The notes under the pieces are model-generated. The model did no database searches and was not told the DNA's origin. It saw only the letters and a list, made by a program, of their open reading frames with translations. 54,301 bases of DNA from an uncultured Chloroflexota bacterium (GTDB lineage Bacteria; Chloroflexota; Limnocylindria; P2-11E). Both the position numbers and the translations under genes were made by a program. The stretch lies in assembly GCA_964609145.1 (NCBI GenBank), contig CAZSRI010000006.1, positions 1-54,301 on the forward strand, given 5' to 3'. Shown piece after piece: positions 49,389 to 54,301 of the stretch. Within the stretch, counting starts at the first letter, position 1; the number at the start of each line of letters is the position of its first letter.

Positions 49389-51529
49389 TTCCGCATCCTC
49401 CTTCCGCGGACGATCCTCTTCGTCCGCACCGCCGGATCCGTGGACGGCGCCATCTCCTCGAGCGTGCGCACCTCCGGCGACGACTGCTCGAGCACGAGCA
49501 GGCCGCGCAGCTCGACGATCTCGTCGCGCAGCATGGCGGCGCGCTCGAAGTCGAGGTCGCGAGCCGCCTGCTTCATCTGCGTCTCGAGGTCCTTCACGAG
49601 ACGCACGACCTCGTCGCGCGGCAGGTCCTTCGCGCGGAACACCGTCCGCTCGCGCTGCTGGCCCTCCTCGGCCACCGCGCGGAGCCGGATGCCGATGTCG
49701 CGGATCGCCTTCACGACGCTCTGCGGCTCGATGCCGTGCTCGGCGTTGTACGCGAGCTGGATCGCGCGGCGGCGCTCCGTCTCGTCGATCGCCGTCCGCA
49801 TCGAGTCCGTGACCCGGTCGGCGTACATGATCACGCTCCCCTCGATGTGGCGCGCGGCGCGGCCGATGACCTGGATGAGCGAGCCCTTCGACCGGAGGTA
49901 GCCCTCCTTGTCGGCGTCGAGGATCGCGACGAGGGTCACCTCGGGGAGGTCGATGCCCTCGCGGAGGAGGTTCACGCCGACGACGACGTCGTAGACGCCG
50001 AGGCGCAGATCGCGGAGGATCTCGATGCGCTCGAGCGTCTCGACCTCGCTGTGGAGGTAGTGGACCTTGACGCCCATCTCGCGCAGGTAGTCGGCGAGGT
50101 CCTCGGCCATCTTCTTCGTGAGCGTCGTGACGAGCGCGCGCTGCTCCTTCTCGACGCGGGAGCGGATCTCCGCGAGAAGGTCGTCGATCTGCCCCTCGGT
50201 CCTCCGAACGTGGATCGTCGGGTCGACGAGCCCCGTCGGGCGGATGATCTGCTCGACGAAGCGGCGCTCGCCTCCCACCTTCTCGGTCTCGTACGGGCCC
50301 GGCGTCGCGGACACGTACACGGCCTGCCCGAGGCGGTCCTCGAACTCGTCGAACCGCAGGGGCCGGTTGTCGAGCGCGCTCGGCAGGCGGAACCCGTACT
50401 CGACGAGGATCTCCTTGCGCGAGCGGTCGCCGCCGTACATCCCGCCGACCTGCGGGATCGTCATGTGCGATTCGTCGAGGAACGTGAGGAAGTCGGGCGG
50501 GAAGTAGTCGAGGAGCGTCCACGGCCGGCTCCCCGGCGGCCGGCGCGCGAGGTGCCGGGAGTAGTTCTCGACGCCGTGGCACGTCCCGGTCTCGCGCAGC
50601 ATCTCGAGGTCGAAGTTGGTGCGCTGGCGCAGGCGCTGCGCCTCGAGGAGGCTGCCCTGCGCCTCGAGCTGCTTCACGCGCTCCTCGAGCTCCGTCTCGA
50701 TGTCCTTGATGGCCTCGAGGAGCTTCTCGCGCGGGGTGACGAAGTGGCGCGCCGGATAGATGTCGACCTTGTCGCGCTCCGCGAGCACCTCGCCGGTGAG
50801 CGGGTCGAGCTCCGTGATGCGCTCGACCTCGTCGCCGAGGAACTCGACGCGGACCGCGAGGTCCTCGTACGCCGGGTAGACCTCGAGCGTGTCGCCGCGC
50901 ACGCGGAACGTGCCGCGCGTGAACGCCTGGTCGTTGCGCGCGTACTGGATGTCCACGAGGTGGCGCAGCACCTTGTCGCGCCGCTCGCGCTGGCCCCGGC
51001 GCAGGCGGACGGTCACCGCGCCGTAATCGATCGGCGCGCCGAGGCCGTAGATGCACGAGACCGACGCGACGATGATCACGTCGCGCCGCTCGAAGAGCGA
51101 CCGCGTCGCGGCGTGGCGCATCTTGTCGATCTCGTCGTTCCGCGACGAGTCCTTCTCGATGTACGTGTCGGTCCGGGGGATGTACGCCTCGGGCTGGTAG
51201 TAGTCGTAGTAGGAGACGAAGTAGTGGACGGCGTTGTCCGGGAAGAACTCGCGGAACTCGCCGTAGAGCTGCGCCGCGAGCGTCTTGTTGTGCGCCATGA
51301 CGAGCGCCGGCCGCCGCGCCTCGGCGATGACCTTGGCCATCGTCACCGTCTTTCCCGAGCCGGTCACGCCGAGGAGCACCTGGTCGGTCGCGCCGCCGCG
51401 GACCGCGGCGATGAGCGCCTCCGACGCCTTCCCCTGGTCGCCGGCGAGCGGCCACGGCAGGCGGAGGTCGAAGGCGGCGTCGCCCGCAGGGCGGTCGAGG
51501 GGCGGGTCGAGCAGCTCCGTGGGATCCAC
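49385..51529 (-). CDS. uvrB: Excinuclease ABC subunit B
   Basis: [44 protein letters not shown] domain. Confidence 0.98.
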   Translation of the reverse strand: MDPTELLDPPLDRPAGDAAFDLRLPWPLAGDQGKASEALIAAVRGGATDQVLLGVTGSGKTVTMAKVIAEARRPALVMAHNKTLAAQLYGEFREFFPDNAVHYFVSYYDYYQPEAYIPRTDTYIEKDSSRNDEIDKMRHAATRSLFERRDVIIVASVSCIYGLGAPIDYGAVTVRLRRGQRERRDKVLRHLVDIQYARNDQAFTRGTFRVRGDTLEVYPAYEDLAVRVEFLGDEVERITELDPLTGEVLAERDKVDIYPARHFVTPREKLLEAIKDIETELEERVKQLEAQGSLLEAQRLRQRTNFDLEMLRETGTCHGVENYSRHLARRPPGSRPWTLLDYFPPDFLTFLDESHMTIPQVGGMYGGDRSRKEILVEYGFRLPSALDNRPLRFDEFEDRLGQAVYVSATPGPYETEKVGGERRFVEQIIRPTGLVDPTIHVRRTEGQIDDLLAEIRSRVEKEQRALVTTLTKKMAEDLADYLREMGVKVHYLHSEVETLERIEILRDLRLGVYDVVVGVNLLREGIDLPEVTLVAILDADKEGYLRSKGSLIQVIGRAARHIEGSVIMYADRVTDSMRTAIDETERRRAIQLAYNAEHGIEPQSVVKAIRDIGIRLRAVAEEGQQRERTVFRAKDLPRDEVVRLVKDLETQMKQAARDLDFERAAMLRDEIVELRGLLVLEQSSPEVRTLEEMAPSTDPAVRTKRIVRGRRMRK

Positions 51530-51541
51530 GCTCACATCCTA

Positions 51542-51565
51542 GAACAAGCGTTCGAACGTACGGTC
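51542..51565. promoter_or_regulatory. LexA (SOS) box(es) at the uvrB promoter
   Basis: GAAC-AAGC-GTTC at 51542-51553 abutting the uvrB -10 (TAGGAT, 51536-51541); degenerate GAAC-GTAC-GGTC at 51554-51565. Confidence 0.8.
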
Positions 51566-51692
51566 TCTAGGACCATCGTATCCGCTCCGCGGATACGCAC
51601 GTCGCCCGTCGTCATGCGTCGCTCCGCGCCCGCCCTCCTCCTCGCAGGCGAGTAGGGCACCCTAACGGCATAACGTCCCGTGCGCGTTAGCG

Positions 51693-52346
51693 ATGGAGGA
51701 GACGAGCGTGCTCCTGAAGCCCGAGCGACCGAGGCGTCGGCAGGGCGCGGCCACGAGGCTGCGCGGGTTCGTCGCGGACGACGACGGCCAGAACCTCGTC
51801 GAGTTCGCCCTCCTCCTCCCCGTGCTCATGTACATCCTCCTGGGGATCATGCAGTTCGGGCTGATCTTCGCGGCGTACATCACGATCAACAACGCCGTTC
51901 GCGAAGGCGCGCGCTGGGGCTCGATCTACGTCTACGACACGACCCAGTCGGCGACGACGAACAACACGTATCGCCAGGACGGCGTCCTCGACCGGATCAT
52001 CGAAGCGCGCGGGATACTCAACATCCCGTCGAAGGGGTCGTCGACCAGCCAGTTCGACACCGGGACCGCGTGGGCGGCCGGTACGGTCTCGACCGACTGC
52101 TTCATCACGAACCCGACGCCCGAGTCGGCCGTGAAGCGCGGTGACGTGACCATCTGCTACACGGTCCCGAGCGACGTGCAGTCGAGCGACGCGCGCCGCG
52201 GCGAGTACATGGAGGTCACCGCGTACTACCACCAGTCGGTCTTCGTGCCGCTCCTCGACGCGTTCCTGCCGGACGACCCCTCCAAGGGCAGCTCGGGCTC
52301 GCAGTGGCTCCGGCTCCCGGGACGCGTGACCGTGGTCATCAACTGA
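51693..52346 (+). CDS. TadE-like pseudopilin
   Basis: Prepilin site DDG|QNLVEFALLLP...NNAVREGAR. Confidence 0.88.
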   Translation: MEETSVLLKPERPRRRQGAATRLRGFVADDDGQNLVEFALLLPVLMYILLGIMQFGLIFAAYITINNAVREGARWGSIYVYDTTQSATTNNTYRQDGVLDRIIEARGILNIPSKGSSTSQFDTGTAWAAGTVSTDCFITNPTPESAVKRGDVTICYTVPSDVQSSDARRGEYMEVTAYYHQSVFVPLLDAFLPDDPSKGSSGSQWLRLPGRVTVVIN

Positions 52347-52395
52347 GTTAGCGTTCTCGATCGGTCTCGGAAGGGGTAAGGGAAGGTAGAGAAGA

Positions 52396-53181
52396 GTGGA
52401 TCCGCGACGGCGCGCACGCATCATCCTCATCCTCGGCGTCCTCCTGGCGATCGGCACCGGCGCGGGCACCTTTTTCTACGCGTCGAGCTCGCAGCAGGCG
52501 GCGGCCCCGCCGCCTCCGCCCACCAAGGACGTCGTCGTCGCGGCGCGCGACCTTCCCGCCCGCACGCAGCTCGCGGCCGCCGACGTGAAGGTCGTGAAGA
52601 TCGAGGCGAGCGTCGCCCCGGCCGCGGCGATCGCCGACCCGAAGCTCGTGGTCGGGAAGGTCCTCACGAGCCCCGTCTCCGTGAACGAGCCGCTCCTCGA
52701 CTCGAAGTTCGCGACCGCGGGCCGCGCGTTCACGGTGTTCCCGCCGGGCGAAGAGGTGCAGCCCGGCTCGCCGGCCTACCGCGTCATGACGATCGTCGTC
52801 CCAGACAACTCCGCCGTCGGCGGCGTCCTCGAGAAGGGCGACGTCGTCGACATCATGTACGTCTTCTCGTTCGACCCCGCGCAGAAGCTGCGGAGCCCCG
52901 CGCCTGGCACGACGGCGGCGCCGTACGCGGCGGACACGGTCGCGAAGATCGTGCTCGGCCCGGTCCAGATCCTCGCGCGCCAGGCGACGGTCTACACGAT
53001 CCGCGTCGACGCCGCGCTCGCCGAGCAGATCGCGTACGTGCAGGCGGCGGGCGGCGGGCTGCAGCTCCTTCTGCGCGCACCGACGGACGCCCGCGCCGTC
53101 GACACGAAGGGCGCGACCTTCTCCGACGTGTTCACGAAGTTCAAGTTCCCGGTCCCGGAGAAGATCTCGCCGACGCCTTAG
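52396..53181 (+). CDS. cpaB: Flp pilus assembly protein CpaB/RcpC (SAF domain)
   Basis: N-terminal TM, VVVAARDLPA SAF domain, VGGVL..GD.VD. Confidence 0.82.
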   Translation: MDPRRRARIILILGVLLAIGTGAGTFFYASSSQQAAAPPPPPTKDVVVAARDLPARTQLAAADVKVVKIEASVAPAAAIADPKLVVGKVLTSPVSVNEPLLDSKFATAGRAFTVFPPGEEVQPGSPAYRVMTIVVPDNSAVGGVLEKGDVVDIMYVFSFDPAQKLRSPAPGTTAAPYAADTVAKIVLGPVQILARQATVYTIRVDAALAEQIAYVQAAGGGLQLLLRAPTDARAVDTKGATFSDVFTKFKFPVPEKISPTP

Positions 53182-53767
53182 CGCGCGCGGCCTCCCAGGC
53201 GGCGACGACCTGCCGCCGCGTGGCCTCGCGGTCGCCCGCGTTGTCGATGACGACGCTCGCCGCCGCGCGGAACTCGCCGGCGCTGCGCTGGCTGCGCATC
53301 CGCATCTCGGCCTCGCCGCGCGGCACGCCGCGGCCGGCGAGCCGCTCGACGAGGGTCTCGCGAGGCGCGAGCACGACCCAGATCTCGTCGAAGCTCGAGC
53401 GCATCGCCGACTCGAGGAGCTTGATCGCCTCGACGACGAGGACCCGATCGTCCGCGAGCATCGAGCGCGCCTCGAGCACCCGCGCGACGACCCGCGGATG
53501 CATGATCCGCTCGAGCTGCGCGAGCTTCGCCGGATCGCTGAACGCCTCGCTCGCGAGCTTCGCGCGGTCGATCTCCTTGTCCTCGCCCAGCACCTTCGTC
53601 CCGAACTGCTGGACGATCGCGGTGTACCCGAGCGTCCCGCGGCTCTGCTCCTGATGGACGATCGCGTCCGCGTCGAGCACCTTCGCGCCGAGCTCGCGCA
53701 GCATCTGCGCGACGGCGCTCTTGCCCGCGCCGATCGGCCCCGTCACCCCGACCGTGTACGCGGTCAT
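53141..53767 (-). CDS. coaE: Dephospho-CoA kinase
   Basis: GVTGPIGAGKS, LDAD, IDRAKL, LERIMHPRV, IDN.G. Confidence 0.93.
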   Translation of the reverse strand: MTAYTVGVTGPIGAGKSAVAQMLRELGAKVLDADAIVHQEQSRGTLGYTAIVQQFGTKVLGEDKEIDRAKLASEAFSDPAKLAQLERIMHPRVVARVLEARSMLADDRVLVVEAIKLLESAMRSSFDEIWVVLAPRETLVERLAGRGVPRGEAEMRMRSQRSAGEFRAAASVVIDNAGDREATRRQVVAAWEAARAKASARSSPGPGT

Positions 53768-54301
53768 TCGCTCTTCGCCGCCCATTCCTCGTACAGCGCG
53801 CGCAGCGCGTGCTCGAGGCTCGCGTGCTCCTCGCCGACCCGCCGCGTCTCCATGTAGTTGCCGCTCCGCGCGACGTCGGCGAGCTGCGCCTCGAGGGCCT
53901 TGAGGCGCTCTTCGAGCTCGGCGATGCGGCCCTCGAGAGCTGAGAGCTGCCGCGTCCCGCGCCCGACGGCGATCTCCTCCGTCCCGCGCCCGCCGGCGAC
54001 GTTGCCTCGGGTCGCGCCCCTCCGCCGCGGTCGCTCGCCGGCCCGCGGGTCGACGTGGATCGTCTCGGGCGTACGGCGGGCACGCTCCCTCGGAGGAGGG
54101 GCGGCTCCCCTCGACCTCGCCGGCGGGCGCTGCTCGAACGCCGCCGCCGCTACACCAGCCGCGCGAGGCTGCGGCATGGGGAAGCCGCCCGCCGAACGCG
54201 CCCGCTGGAGCGCGGTCCAGTTCCCCTCGGACCGCGCGAGCGCACCGTTCTCGACCAGCCAGACCTCCGTCGCCCGCCTGTCGATGAGATAGCGGTCATG
54301 G
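53764..54301 (-). CDS. ABC-F family ATPase, C-terminal fragment (Uup-like coiled coil)
   Basis: HDRYLID...EGNW...LEGRIAELEE...LYEEW. Confidence 0.85.
   Translation of the reverse strand, partial: HDRYLIDRRATEVWLVENGALARSEGNWTALQRARSAGGFPMPQPRAAGVAAAAFEQRPPARSRGAAPPPRERARRTPETIHVDPRAGERPRRRGATRGNVAGGRGTEEIAVGRGTRQLSALEGRIAELEERLKALEAQLADVARSGNYMETRRVGEEHASLEHALRALYEEWAAKSE

Noticed and set aside
53141-53181. 41-bp convergent overlap of cpaB and coaE (also 4-bp CTAG overlaps at 1967 and 40691)
   Set aside because: Ordinary consequence of genome compaction and stop-codon drift in high-GC DNA

Overview
Very GC-rich, gene-dense bacterial chromosome segment. Gene style, a GAAC-N4-GTTC LexA box and leaderless promoters suggest a high-GC Chloroflexota or other monoderm-type lineage (inference only). 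The left edge holds the right end of an IS21 element (istB C-terminus, a passenger surface-protein gene and tandem terminal repeats) beside tRNA-Val(TAC), probably an island boundary. Next come tRNA-Leu(GAG) with an unusual C33, a proline-racemase-family gene, a MATE gene, a selenocysteine-containing selD (in-frame UGA plus SECIS, missed by the ORF track) and an ISL3 inserted exactly into a TTGA stop/start overlap. Further on are ggt, tRNA-Leu(CAG), an ArsR/amino-acid ABC/threonine-synthase-like cassette, secG, two GT-C-like paralogs, gpmI, tpiA, rapZ and a DUF2089/DUF4097/SHOCT plus ABC-2 envelope-stress module. The right half has uvrC, IclR-glcDEF, a divergent FtsH-like protease with two small exported partners, uvrB-membrane protein-uvrA, orphan tadE/cpaB, coaE and an ABC-F fragment. 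Notable non-coding signals: a 71-bp structured repeat in two inverted copies with covariation, a hairpin-rich atypical-codon patch inside uvrA, pervasive leaderless -10 promoters and probable CTG starts. No CRISPR array or rRNA was seen. All protein calls rest on motif recognition, with no database search.
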